From Gemmatimonadales bacterium (lineage in GTDB: Bacteria; Gemmatimonadota; Gemmatimonadetes; Gemmatimonadales; GWC2-71-9): a DNA stretch of 64,000 nt. The stretch covers positions 10,848 through 74,847 of the forward strand of contig DATBFV010000125.1 in the NCBI GenBank assembly GCA_036558345.1, read 5' to 3'. The position numbers and the translations under genes were made by a program. The notes beneath the pieces were generated by a model that was not told where the DNA came from, did no database searches, and saw nothing but the letters and a program-made list of their open reading frames with translations. The number at the start of each line of letters is the position of its first letter. The stretch's first letter is position 1. This document shows, in pieces, positions 34,524-43,966 of this stretch.

Positions 34524-37500
34524 TATCGGGTTCCGCCCTTTCTTCCGTCGTGGCGGCGGAGCGCAATCGTGGTCCGCCGTCCCTCGATGTCTACGTCACG
34601 CTGCAAGTCGGGCTCGTCGAGCGCGGTACCGAACACCATCCGCCGCGCGAGCGTCTCGCCTTCGACGAACCCCTGGAACGCGCGAGTCGCGGCGACCACA
34701 TCCTCGGCGCCCGTGATGCTCAATTCGATTCGCGTCGTGTATTCGTAACCCGCCTCTTTGCGGAGGCGTTGCACGCGATTCACCACCTCGCGCGCCAATC
34801 CTTCCTGGACCAGATCGTCGCTCAACGCGGGATCGAGTGCGACGACGTACGGCCCGTCGGCCTGGACCAACCATTCGCTCGCGACTTCGCGCGTGACGGT
34901 CACGTCCTCCGGCCGAAACTCCCACTCGCCCTCGCGCACGGTGCCGCCCTGCTCCAGCGCTTGCAACTTGGTTGCGTCCAGCTGCGCAACTGCCGCGGCA
35001 GCGGCCGGCGTGTCCTTCCCGTAGCGTTTTCCGAGGGTCCGAAAGTTCGCTTTCCCTCGGAGCCGCACCAGATCGTGATCGGACGCGACCACCTGGACGC
35101 TCTTTACGTTGACTTCGGCAGCCAAGATATCTAACAGGTCGGACAAGGCCGGGCCCTGAGCCGCCGCCGGGACGGCCAACTGCATCCGGGCCAGGGGCTG
35201 CCGCACCCGGAGGTTCCGCGATTCCCGCGCCGCCCGGGCCAAAGAGGCCAGTCGCCGGACGGTATCCATGGCGGACAGCAGCTCCGGCTCGCGGTGACCC
35301 CGGTCGGCCGGGAACGGCGCCAGGTGCACCGACGTACCCGTCAGGGCGCGGTGCACCCAATCGGAGATAAAGGGAGCCGCAGGCGCGAGCAGACGCACGG
35401 CCGCTACCATGGCTTCGTGCAATGTCTCGAGCGCGACCGGGTCAGTAGCCCGGTCTGGCGCCCAGAACCTGGGACGGTTGCGCCGGATGTACCAGCGGGA
35501 GAGGTCTTCGCCGACGAAGTCCATGATCGCGCGTACACCCGCGGTGACGTCATACGCCGACCATGCGGCCCGCACGGCCGTAACCACCTCGTCCAGCCGC
35601 GCGAGTAACCAGCGGTCGGCGGCCGGGCGCTCACTCGCCGGTGTCGCATCTGCTTCCGCGGGCGGGTTCCAGTCCTGCGCATAGCGGCGAAAGAAATCGT
35701 AGGTCGAGCGCAGCGTGTTCAGAAATCCGCCGGCCACTTCCGGGATCTGTCGCTCGTCGAACCGCTTCGGCAACCACACCTGGCTCTGGCCGAGCAGATA
35801 GAGTCGCACCGCGTCGGCGCCGTGCTCACCGATCACCTTCCACGGATCGACCACGTTGCCGCGGCTCTTCGACATCTTCTGCCCCTGCACGTCGAGCACG
35901 TGCTCGTTCACGATCACGTGCTTGTAGACGGGGGCATCGAACGCGGCGACGCCGATCGCCAGCAGGGAGTAAAACCAGCCGCGCGTCTGATCCACGCCTT
36001 CGCAGATGTAGTCCGCGGGAAAGTGCGCCTTGAAGTCGGCCTGGTGGTCGAACGGATAATGCCACTGCGCGTACGGCATCGAGCCCGAGTCGAACCAGGC
36101 GTCGATCACTTCCGCGACGCGGCGCATCGTGCCGCTGCAGTCGCGGCACTTCCAGGTGTAGGAGTCGATGTACGGTTTGTGCGGATCGAAATCGCCGGGC
36201 AGCTTCTTGCCCCAGCGCTGCGCCAACTCATCGTAGGAGCCGATCACTTCGCGGTGTTCGCGATCGACGTCGCACTCCCAGACATTGAGTGGCGTGCCCC
36301 AGTAGCGGTCGCGCGACAGCGCCCAGTCGACGTTGTTCTCGAGCCACTCGCCGAAGCGCCCCGTGCCGACCTCGGGTGGATGCCAATCGACCTCGGCATT
36401 GACCTCGAGCATCCGATTTTTTACGGCCGTCGTGCGCACGAACCAGGAGCTGCGGGCGTAGTAGATCAACGGCGAGTCGCAGCGCCAGCAATGCGGATAG
36501 CTGTGCGAGTAGGGCTTGGTCTCGAGCCAGCGCCCCTCGTGCTTGAGGCGCTCGATGATCACCCGGTTCGTTTCCTTGTCGGTGACGAGCTTGCCTTCGA
36601 TCTCGGGCCAGCTCGTGCCGCGGAAGGAGCCGTCGGGCGCGACCGGGTTCACAAAGGCGAGTCCATTTTGCTGGCCCACCTGGTAGTCATCGGCACCGAA
36701 TGCGGGAGCCATGTGGACGAGCCCGGTGCCCTCGTCAGCGCTGACGAAGGACCCCGCGACGACCACCGCGCGCTGACCTTCCGGCGGCAGCGGGACGATG
36801 TCGAGCGGGCGCGCGTACTTCTTGCCGATCAGCTCTCGGCCCGCGAGCGTCTTGACGCGCTCGCCCTCGATGAGCGGCTTTCCGTGCAGATGGACGTCGC
36901 CGGCGCGCGCCACCGCGACGATATAGTTCGTCCTCTTGCCGTCCTCATTGGGCAACGCGTATTCGCCGTACTCGAGGTCGGGATCCACTGCCACCGCGAC
37001 GTTCGACACCAGCGTCCAGGGCGTCGTCGTCCAGATCACCAGCTCGCGCGGCGTGTCGCCTTTTCTGCCCAGCAGCGGGAACGTGACGTAGACCGAGTTG
37101 GTCTGCACGGTCTCGTAACCTTGCGCCACTTCATGCGACGACAACGCCGTGCCGCAGCGCGGGCAGTACGGCAGCACCTTGTGACCGCGGAACAGCAGCG
37201 TCTTCTCGTACAACCGCTTCAGCAGCCACCACACCGTCTCGATGTAGTTGTTGCTGTAGGTGATGTAGGGATGCTCGTAGTCGAGCCAGTACGCGATGCG
37301 GTCCGACAGCGCTTCCCAATCGGTCTTGTACCTGAACACACTCTCGCGGCAGAGCTTGTTGAAGCGCTCGACACCGTACGCTTCGATCTCTCGCTTCCCG
37401 GAAATGTTGAGGGCCTTCTCGACCTCGATTTCGACGGGCAGGCCGTGCGTATCCCACCCCGCGATGCGCGTGACGGCCTGCCCCAACATCGCATGGTAGC

Positions 37501-37711
37501 GGCAGACCAGGTCCTTCAGCGTGCGGGAGAAGACGTGATGGATACCGGGCCGGCCGTTCGCCGTCGGCGGGCCCTCAAAGAAGATGAAAGGCGGACCGTA
37601 GCGTGTGGCTTCGCTGACGCGCGTGAACAGCCGCTCGTGTTTCCACGTCGCGAGCAGGTGTTTCTCCAGCTCGTCGATCGACTGCGTCAGGTCCGAGGGC
37701 GGATACGGCAT
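34523..37711 (-). CDS. ileS: Isoleucine--tRNA ligase
   Basis: 1062 aa. PPTANGRPGIHHV (HIGH region), QKMSKSRGN (KMSKS), editing-domain insertion. Confidence 0.95.
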   Translation of the reverse strand: MPYPPSDLTQSIDELEKHLLATWKHERLFTRVSEATRYGPPFIFFEGPPTANGRPGIHHVFSRTLKDLVCRYHAMLGQAVTRIAGWDTHGLPVEIEVEKALNISGKREIEAYGVERFNKLCRESVFRYKTDWEALSDRIAYWLDYEHPYITYSNNYIETVWWLLKRLYEKTLLFRGHKVLPYCPRCGTALSSHEVAQGYETVQTNSVYVTFPLLGRKGDTPRELVIWTTTPWTLVSNVAVAVDPDLEYGEYALPNEDGKRTNYIVAVARAGDVHLHGKPLIEGERVKTLAGRELIGKKYARPLDIVPLPPEGQRAVVVAGSFVSADEGTGLVHMAPAFGADDYQVGQQNGLAFVNPVAPDGSFRGTSWPEIEGKLVTDKETNRVIIERLKHEGRWLETKPYSHSYPHCWRCDSPLIYYARSSWFVRTTAVKNRMLEVNAEVDWHPPEVGTGRFGEWLENNVDWALSRDRYWGTPLNVWECDVDREHREVIGSYDELAQRWGKKLPGDFDPHKPYIDSYTWKCRDCSGTMRRVAEVIDAWFDSGSMPYAQWHYPFDHQADFKAHFPADYICEGVDQTRGWFYSLLAIGVAAFDAPVYKHVIVNEHVLDVQGQKMSKSRGNVVDPWKVIGEHGADAVRLYLLGQSQVWLPKRFDERQIPEVAGGFLNTLRSTYDFFRRYAQDWNPPAEADATPASERPAADRWLLARLDEVVTAVRAAWSAYDVTAGVRAIMDFVGEDLSRWYIRRNRPRFWAPDRATDPVALETLHEAMVAAVRLLAPAAPFISDWVHRALTGTSVHLAPFPADRGHREPELLSAMDTVRRLASLARAARESRNLRVRQPLARMQLAVPAAAQGPALSDLLDILAAEVNVKSVQVVASDHDLVRLRGKANFRTLGKRYGKDTPAAAAAVAQLDATKLQALEQGGTVREGEWEFRPEDVTVTREVASEWLVQADGPYVVALDPALSDDLVQEGLAREVVNRVQRLRKEAGYEYTTRIELSITGAEDVVAATRAFQGFVEGETLARRMVFGTALDEPDLQRDVDIEGRRTTIALRRHDGRKGGTR

Positions 37712-38532
37712 TACGCCAGGCGCTCCAGGACGCCGCGCACCACGGTCGCGAGCTTCGGTTCGGCGCCGCGTGCCACCGCGATGATCTTTTCCACGGACGT
37801 CGGCTCGAGCGCATCGGGCAGGCAGTTGTCGGTGATGATGGAAAGGCCGAGCACGCGCATGCCCTGATGAACCGCGGTGATCACCTCGGGTACGGTGCTC
37901 ATGCCGACGAGATCGGCACCCATCGCGCGGAGCATCCGGTATTCAGCGCGCGTCTCGAGGTTGGGACCGGGCACAGCGACATAGACGCCTTCGCGCAAGA
38001 CGATCTTGTGCTCGACCGCCACTTCGCGCGCAAGTTGTCGCAGCGCGGGGTCGTAGGCCGCCGACATGTCGGGAAAGCGTGGGCCTTCGGCATCGACGTT
38101 CGGGCCAACCAGGGGATTGTCCCCGAGCAGGTTGATGTGGTCGGAGAGCAGCACGAGATCGCCCGTCGACCAGAGCGGATGCATGCCACCCGAAACATTG
38201 GAGACGATCAGCGTCTTTGCGCCGAGTGCGCGCAGCACGCGCACGGGGAATGTGGCCTGCTGCAACGTGTACCCCTCGTACCGGTGAAACCGACCCTGCA
38301 TGATCGCGACTTGGCGCTTGCCAATGGTCCCGAACAAGAGGCGTCCCGCGTGGGTCTCGACCGTTGGAGTCGGGAATCCGGGGATCTCGGGGTACTGAAT
38401 GGTCGCTTCGGCCTTCAATTCGTCGGCGAGCGCACCGAGTCCCGTTCCCAGAATCACGGCGACCTCTGGAACGATTGCGGTCCGCGACTTGATGGCGCGG
38501 ACCGCCTCGGCGACGGAGACCCCGGCGCTCAT
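37711..38532 (-). CDS. punA: Purine nucleoside phosphorylase (trimeric PNP/MTAP family)
   Basis: 273 aa. ILGTGLG, GRFHRYEGY, GMSTVPE motifs. Confidence 0.88.
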   Translation of the reverse strand: MSAGVSVAEAVRAIKSRTAIVPEVAVILGTGLGALADELKAEATIQYPEIPGFPTPTVETHAGRLLFGTIGKRQVAIMQGRFHRYEGYTLQQATFPVRVLRALGAKTLIVSNVSGGMHPLWSTGDLVLLSDHINLLGDNPLVGPNVDAEGPRFPDMSAAYDPALRQLAREVAVEHKIVLREGVYVAVPGPNLETRAEYRMLRAMGADLVGMSTVPEVITAVHQGMRVLGLSIITDNCLPDALEPTSVEKIIAVARGAEPKLATVVRGVLERLA

Positions 38533-38963
38533 TTCTGTCCGTCGAGAGCGCGCAGCTCCCCTAGATGCCGCTCGAGCAGGGCCCGGAACCCGCCGACATA
38601 TTGCTGGAACTGGCGTTCGGTTTCGGCCATGCGCGCCTGCACCGCGCTGGCTTGCGCTTCCGCCTCACGCACAATCGCCTGTCCCTCTCGTTCCGCAGAC
38701 GCACGCGTCTCCTGGCGCAGCTGTTGCGCGGCGACGAGAGCCTCGTTCATCGCCTTCTCGCGATCGCGAAATACCCGGAGCTGCTCGGTCAGCGCAGCGA
38801 CGCGCTCCTCGAGCACCTGACGATCGCGGATCGCGCGCTCCAGCGCATCCGCCACGCGCATGCGAAAATCGTCGACCCCGAGCGTATCGTAGCCGCGCAG
38901 GTTCTTGCGGAACTCCTGTTTGCGGATATCGAGCGGGGTGAGGGTGAAAGCGGCGTCGGTCAC
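38529..38963 (-). CDS. divIVA: DivIVA-domain protein
   Basis: Start at the GTG 38963 (GTGA overlap with the yggS stop). LTPLDIRKQEFRKNLRGYDTLGVDDF N-terminal DivIVA signature, then coiled coil. Confidence 0.85.
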   Translation of the reverse strand: MTDAAFTLTPLDIRKQEFRKNLRGYDTLGVDDFRMRVADALERAIRDRQVLEERVAALTEQLRVFRDREKAMNEALVAAQQLRQETRASAEREGQAIVREAEAQASAVQARMAETERQFQQYVGGFRALLERHLGELRALDGQK

Positions 38964-39646
38964 ACTTTCTCCTCCCTCGGACCGAACAGGGCGGTACCCA
39001 ACCGGATCACCGTTGCTCCCTCCGCGACCGCTGATGCGTAGTCGCCGGACATCCCCATCGAGAGGGTCTGCAGCCATAGTCCTTCCTCCTCCTTGAGCCT
39101 ATCGCGCAAGACGCGCAGGTCCCGGAATGTCCGGCGCTGCACGGCTTCATCGTCGGTAAATGGAGCCAACGTCATCAAGCCTTCCAGGCGCAGATGCTGG
39201 AGCGCGGCGATCTGTCGCGCGAGCGCCGGTGCGTCTTCCGGCGCGCAACCGCTTTTCTGTTCTTCCCCAGCCACATTCACTTGGAGCAGCACCCGCTGCG
39301 GCGCCGTGGATCTGCGGTCGAGCTCTTGGGCCAGCTCGAGCGAGTCGAGCGAGTGAATTAACTCGAACCGTCCGGGCACGAGCCTTGCCTTGTTGCGCTG
39401 TAAGTGGCCGATCAGGTGCCAACGCACTCGTGGCTCCCCGCTCCCCGCTCCCAGCTCCTCCTGCTTTTTCAGCGCCTCCTGCACGCGGTTCTCACCGATG
39501 TCAGCGATCCCGGCGTCGAGCGCCGCGCGGATCGCGTCCGTCCCAAATCCTTTCGTGACGGCGACAATGGTGACCGGTTGCGCTGCCAGCCGCGCGACCA
39601 CGGCCCTCACCTGCGCCAAACGCTCGGGGAGAGCCGCGAAACTCAT
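38960..39646 (-). CDS. yggS: YggS/PROSC-family pyridoxal-phosphate homeostasis protein
   Basis: 228 aa. TIVAVTKGF (PLP Lys), HLIGHLQRNK, MGMSGDY. Confidence 0.88.
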   Translation of the reverse strand: MSFAALPERLAQVRAVVARLAAQPVTIVAVTKGFGTDAIRAALDAGIADIGENRVQEALKKQEELGAGSGEPRVRWHLIGHLQRNKARLVPGRFELIHSLDSLELAQELDRRSTAPQRVLLQVNVAGEEQKSGCAPEDAPALARQIAALQHLRLEGLMTLAPFTDDEAVQRRTFRDLRVLRDRLKEEEGLWLQTLSMGMSGDYASAVAEGATVIRLGTALFGPREEKV

Positions 39647-39673
39647 AACCTGTGAATATAGAGACTAAGTAAA

Positions 39674-41932
39674 CTACCGGCGAAACAGGCCCTGGACGCC
39701 TTCTGTTTGGAGGCGGCGGAGGATGTTGGCAAGCGCCGGGCTGGGATTCAAATGGTAGGCGCGACGGAAATAGTCCGAGGCCTGCCGTTGGTCGCCGCGC
39801 ACCGCGGCCGCATTGCCCAGCTCGAGGAACGGCACCGCGAATGAATTCGCTACCTGCTGCGCCGCCGGCTCGAGCTCGAGTGAGTCGGGAGTCCTGAACA
39901 TCTTGCCCCACTGAAACACCGAGTCTACCAGCAGTCTCGTGCGGCTCGAGTCCACCATCGGCCCCTGAACGCCGTGGATGTAGCGGCGCGTCGTGTCGGC
40001 GCCGGGTGCGACCTTGAACACGAGTCCCTGAAACACGAGCTGCGGATCGAGGCCCAGCCACGAGCCACGCCCGGACGACACGCCGAACGTCACCGGCCGA
40101 TGATTCGGGAGATTCAGGGCGATCGTGTAGAGAATGACCTGATCCGCCGTCCTGAGCACCTGTCCCTTCCGCACGGCCAGCTCGAACGTCCCGGCGCGGA
40201 AGACCCCGTCGTCGCGCAGCTGGACGGGCCGCATACCGCGGATGTCCTGCTCGGAAAGCGGCAGCGGTGATCCCGCGGGCGGCGGCGGCGGCGCCATCGT
40301 GCGATACAGCGGGGGAGCGCGCGACGGATCGAACGGCCGTGTCGGCCGTTGCGCGAGCTGGCGTAAGTACCAATCGAGATTCGCGAGCGACAGGTTGATG
40401 AGCGTAACGTCCTGGCGCACGCCCTCCACTTCCTGGAGGTACCAGACCGGAAACGTGTCGTTGTCGCCGAATCCGAACAGCACGCCGTACGGCTCGACCG
40501 ACTGCAAGAGGTTGTAGGCGAAATCGCGCGCGGCCGTCGCATCGGCGCCGTGGCGACGCGAGGCAGCCATGAAGTTGGCGCCGAACGGTAGCAGCGTGAG
40601 GGCGAGTCCTCCGGCGATTCCGACTGCGGCGCGTCGCTGCGCCGCGAACCATGCCACGAGGCGCGCGACCGCCAGCGCGGCGAACACTCCCCAGGTCTGG
40701 AAGCTCACCGCATAGAAGTAGTCACGCTCGCGTACCTCGTGCTGCTCCATGGAAGCATAGCGATCCCAGTACAGCGAGAACCCCGCCTTGAAGTTCATGT
40801 ACAGCACGAGTCCCACACCCGTGACGAGCCACAGCACGCCGAGCAGCCAGGCGAGGCCGACGTCGCGGCGGCGCGCGACGTCGAACCCCACGGTGCCGAG
40901 GGACACGAAGACGAGCGCGACGGCTACCATTGGTATCGCCGGCAGCGTGCGCGCCCATTGCCAGGAACAGTACTGGAAGAAATTGACGAACTGCTGCCAA
41001 AAGACCGCGAACGTCCGGACCCCGCCTGGGACCATCGGATTCTCAAACAGCCCGCGGCTGCCGAACTGTTCGCGCCGGATGACGGCGAGCAGGTTGGTCC
41101 AGTTGTCCGGCGCCGCTTCATTGAGGAGCGGCTCGAGTCCGGAACGAATGTAGAGAAAGGCGTAGATCGAAATGCCGGCCACGGCGATGACGGACGCGAG
41201 AATCGGAAACGCCACCGAGCCGCTCGCGAAGCAAAACACCGCTGAGGCGAGCAGCAGCGCGACGCCGACGATCAGCAGCTTGGTGCTGCCAAGCCCCACG
41301 GCGATCAGCACGATCCACAGCGTGGTCACCACGGCCCACTCGGCCCATTCCATCCGCCGCTCGGACGTCCCCGCGGCCCGCGCGGTGCGGAGCGTCTGCG
41401 CGATGAACACCGAGACCGCCGGCCCGGCGAGCAGCGCGAGCAGGTGGTTTCCGATCGACAACGCCGCGATGTACACGACCAGCAGCAGCAAATGGACGGC
41501 GCGCGCGTCTCCGCTCGTCCGGAGGTCGCGCCAGCGCACGACGAGCCACGCCATCGCGGCGATGCTGAACGTCGCGACGGTGTAGACCTCGGTCTCATTG
41601 CTGTTTTGCCAGTGCGTGAACACAAAGGCCGACAGGAACGCCGCGGCGGCCGCGCCACCGGTGCGGAGCCAAGCCGTCTCACCGGCGAGGAGCCGGTGTG
41701 CGACGAGGAAATAGCACCCGGCGCCCGCGGCCGAGAAGCAGGCGCTCATGAAGTTCAAGCGCCACGCGTAGCCGCCGATCCGCAGCGCGCCGGCCCAGAC
41801 GTGGCCGAGCAGGACAAAGAGCGGGGTGCCGGGTGGATGCGGGATGCCGAGCACTTTTGAGGCGGTGATGAATTCGCCGGCGTCCCACAGCGTGACGGTG
41901 GGCGCCAACGTGATCACATAGCCGATGAGCAC
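39674..41932 (-). CDS. DUF2723 (TMEM260-like glycosyltransferase-fold) membrane protein
   Basis: 752 aa. N-terminal APTVTLWDAGEFITASKVLGIPHPPGTPLF signature, many TM segments, soluble C-terminal domain. Confidence 0.75.
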   Translation of the reverse strand: MLIGYVITLAPTVTLWDAGEFITASKVLGIPHPPGTPLFVLLGHVWAGALRIGGYAWRLNFMSACFSAAGAGCYFLVAHRLLAGETAWLRTGGAAAAAFLSAFVFTHWQNSNETEVYTVATFSIAAMAWLVVRWRDLRTSGDARAVHLLLLVVYIAALSIGNHLLALLAGPAVSVFIAQTLRTARAAGTSERRMEWAEWAVVTTLWIVLIAVGLGSTKLLIVGVALLLASAVFCFASGSVAFPILASVIAVAGISIYAFLYIRSGLEPLLNEAAPDNWTNLLAVIRREQFGSRGLFENPMVPGGVRTFAVFWQQFVNFFQYCSWQWARTLPAIPMVAVALVFVSLGTVGFDVARRRDVGLAWLLGVLWLVTGVGLVLYMNFKAGFSLYWDRYASMEQHEVRERDYFYAVSFQTWGVFAALAVARLVAWFAAQRRAAVGIAGGLALTLLPFGANFMAASRRHGADATAARDFAYNLLQSVEPYGVLFGFGDNDTFPVWYLQEVEGVRQDVTLINLSLANLDWYLRQLAQRPTRPFDPSRAPPLYRTMAPPPPPAGSPLPLSEQDIRGMRPVQLRDDGVFRAGTFELAVRKGQVLRTADQVILYTIALNLPNHRPVTFGVSSGRGSWLGLDPQLVFQGLVFKVAPGADTTRRYIHGVQGPMVDSSRTRLLVDSVFQWGKMFRTPDSLELEPAAQQVANSFAVPFLELGNAAAVRGDQRQASDYFRRAYHLNPSPALANILRRLQTEGVQGLFRR

Positions 41933-41969
41933 GAGGAAGGCGACAACCGCCGCCTCCCGATACGCGGGT

Positions 41970-42770
41970 TTAGGTGGCAGGCTGTGTCACCCGCTCGCCG
42001 CCCTCGAGATGCGAGACCGCACCCGACAGCAGGTCGCGCACCTGCTGCGGCGTCAGATGGCGGTAGAGCAGTCCATGACTCGCGACCGAGATCGTGGACG
42101 TTTCTTCCGACACGACGAGCACCGTCGCGTCGGTTTCTTCCGACAGTCCGAGTGCCGCGCGGTGGCGCGTGCCGAGCGATTTGTCGGCGACTTTGAACTG
42201 CGTCAGTGGCAGCACGCAGCCGGCGCCGATGATCTGGTCGCCGCGAATCAGAATCGCGCCGTCATGCAGCGGTGAATAGGGCGTGAAGATCGTGGTCAGG
42301 AGGTCGGCCGAGACCTTGGCCTCCATCGGGACGCCGGTGGTGATGAATTCTTCGAGTCCGATGTCGCCCTCGACCGCGATGATGGCGCCGGTCCCGGCGC
42401 GCGACAGCCGATCCAGCGCCTCCGCGATCTCCTCCGCCACGGACTGCCGATCGCCGCGCGAGAACGCGCGCATAAAGCGGGACTGGCCCAGTCGCGCGAG
42501 CGCGTTGCGCAGCTCGGGCTGGAACACGACGACCGCGGCAAACGCGCCGTAGGTGAACACGACGCCCAGCAGCGTGCTGATCATCGTGAACTTCGCGAAC
42601 ACGGCCACAAAGTAGGTCAGCGAGAGAATCACGAGACCAATCACGATTTGCAGCGCGCGGGTGCCGACGAGAAACAGCAGGAAACGGTAGATGACGAACG
42701 ACACCAGCAGGATCTCGAAGAGATCCGGCCAGAGCCGCGGGGTCAGGAACTTAAAGGCATCTACGTTCAC
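41970..42770 (-). CDS. cdaA: Diadenylate cyclase CdaA/DacA (c-di-AMP synthase)
   Basis: 266 aa. 3 N-terminal TM segments. DAC-domain motifs HDGAILIR, GTRHRAALG, SEETSTIS. Confidence 0.9.
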   Translation of the reverse strand: MNVDAFKFLTPRLWPDLFEILLVSFVIYRFLLFLVGTRALQIVIGLVILSLTYFVAVFAKFTMISTLLGVVFTYGAFAAVVVFQPELRNALARLGQSRFMRAFSRGDRQSVAEEIAEALDRLSRAGTGAIIAVEGDIGLEEFITTGVPMEAKVSADLLTTIFTPYSPLHDGAILIRGDQIIGAGCVLPLTQFKVADKSLGTRHRAALGLSEETDATVLVVSEETSTISVASHGLLYRHLTPQQVRDLLSGAVSHLEGGERVTQPAT

Positions 42771-43933
42771 GGTGGATTTGTCGTCGCGCTCGCCAGTGCC
42801 AGGGCCTCATGCGTCAATCGGACATCGTGCACCCGGAAAGCCCGAGCGCCTCGCTCCCACGCGAGGGCGCAGGCAACGGCCGTCGCGCGATCGCGATCTT
42901 CGAGCGGCCGGCCCGTGGCCGCGCCCAGAAACCGCTTCCGCGACAGGCCGACGGCTACAGGATAGCCGACGGCCACGATCGATGCCAGTTCGTCGAGCAA
43001 CCGGAGGTTCTGCGTGGCCGTTTTGGCGAAGCCGAATCCGGGATCCACGACGATCCGCTCGCGCGCGATGCCCTCTCGTTCGGCCTTTGCCGCTCCGGCC
43101 GCCAGTTCCGCGGACACGTCGACCGCCACGTGATCGTATTTCGCCAGCTCATCCATCGTCTCCGGCGTGCCCCGCATGTGCATCAGGATGACGCCGGCCT
43201 GGGCGTCGCGAATCACGCCCGTCAGGGCCGGATCGAATCGCAGTCCGGAGACGTCGTTGATGACTGCCGCGCCGGCATCCAGCGCCGCGCGCGCGACATC
43301 GGCTTTCCGGGTGTCGACGGAAATGGGCCCGATGCCGCGCTTGACGAGCCCGGCGATGACCGGGACGACGCGAGCGATCTCGTCCTTGGTTGCAACGGGC
43401 GCGGCACCTGGACGTGTGGATTCACCACCGACGTCCAGGAGCCGACTGCCATCAGCCATCAGCTGTTCGCCGTGGCTGATGGCGGCCTCGACGGATGGCA
43501 GACGGCCTCCATCCGAGAAGGAATCCGGTGTCACATTCACGATGCCGATGATGACCGGCTTGTCGAGCGCGACGTCCCCGCCCCGAATCGCCCAGCGCCG
43601 CGCCGGTTCCGCGCGCGCGGCGAGCAGCCGGCCGAGTGACGGCGCGAGTCGCGCGAGCTCAGCCGGGGTCCGGTCATAGCGCGCGAGCGGCGCAATCCGA
43701 CTCGCCGCGCCCGCCACGAGGGCCCAGCCGGTGCCGGTGAGCACGTCGGCGCCCGACTTCGTGCCCCAGTGTACGAGCGCCTCGCGCTCGTCTTCGGTGA
43801 TCTCTTCGATGAGGACGACCAGCGGCTGGATGCCGGTCGCCGCGAACCAGGCAGGCTGGGCCTCCCAGCCGCGAGCCGCGAGCGCCGCGCGCACCGCTTC
43901 CGGGGTGTGCGCGGCGAGCGCGGTGACTTTCAT
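42767..43933 (-). CDS. folP: Dihydropteroate synthase with about 125-aa N-terminal extension
   Basis: 388 aa. Pterin-binding domain begins at GIVNVTPDSFSDGG; DVGGESTRPG is present. The preceding about 125 aa match nothing I recognise. Confidence 0.88.
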   Translation of the reverse strand: MKVTALAAHTPEAVRAALAARGWEAQPAWFAATGIQPLVVLIEEITEDEREALVHWGTKSGADVLTGTGWALVAGAASRIAPLARYDRTPAELARLAPSLGRLLAARAEPARRWAIRGGDVALDKPVIIGIVNVTPDSFSDGGRLPSVEAAISHGEQLMADGSRLLDVGGESTRPGAAPVATKDEIARVVPVIAGLVKRGIGPISVDTRKADVARAALDAGAAVINDVSGLRFDPALTGVIRDAQAGVILMHMRGTPETMDELAKYDHVAVDVSAELAAGAAKAEREGIARERIVVDPGFGFAKTATQNLRLLDELASIVAVGYPVAVGLSRKRFLGAATGRPLEDRDRATAVACALAWERGARAFRVHDVRLTHEALALASATTNPP

Positions 43934-43966
43934 GGAAGTGAGGAGTCGGGAGTCAGGAGCCGGGGA

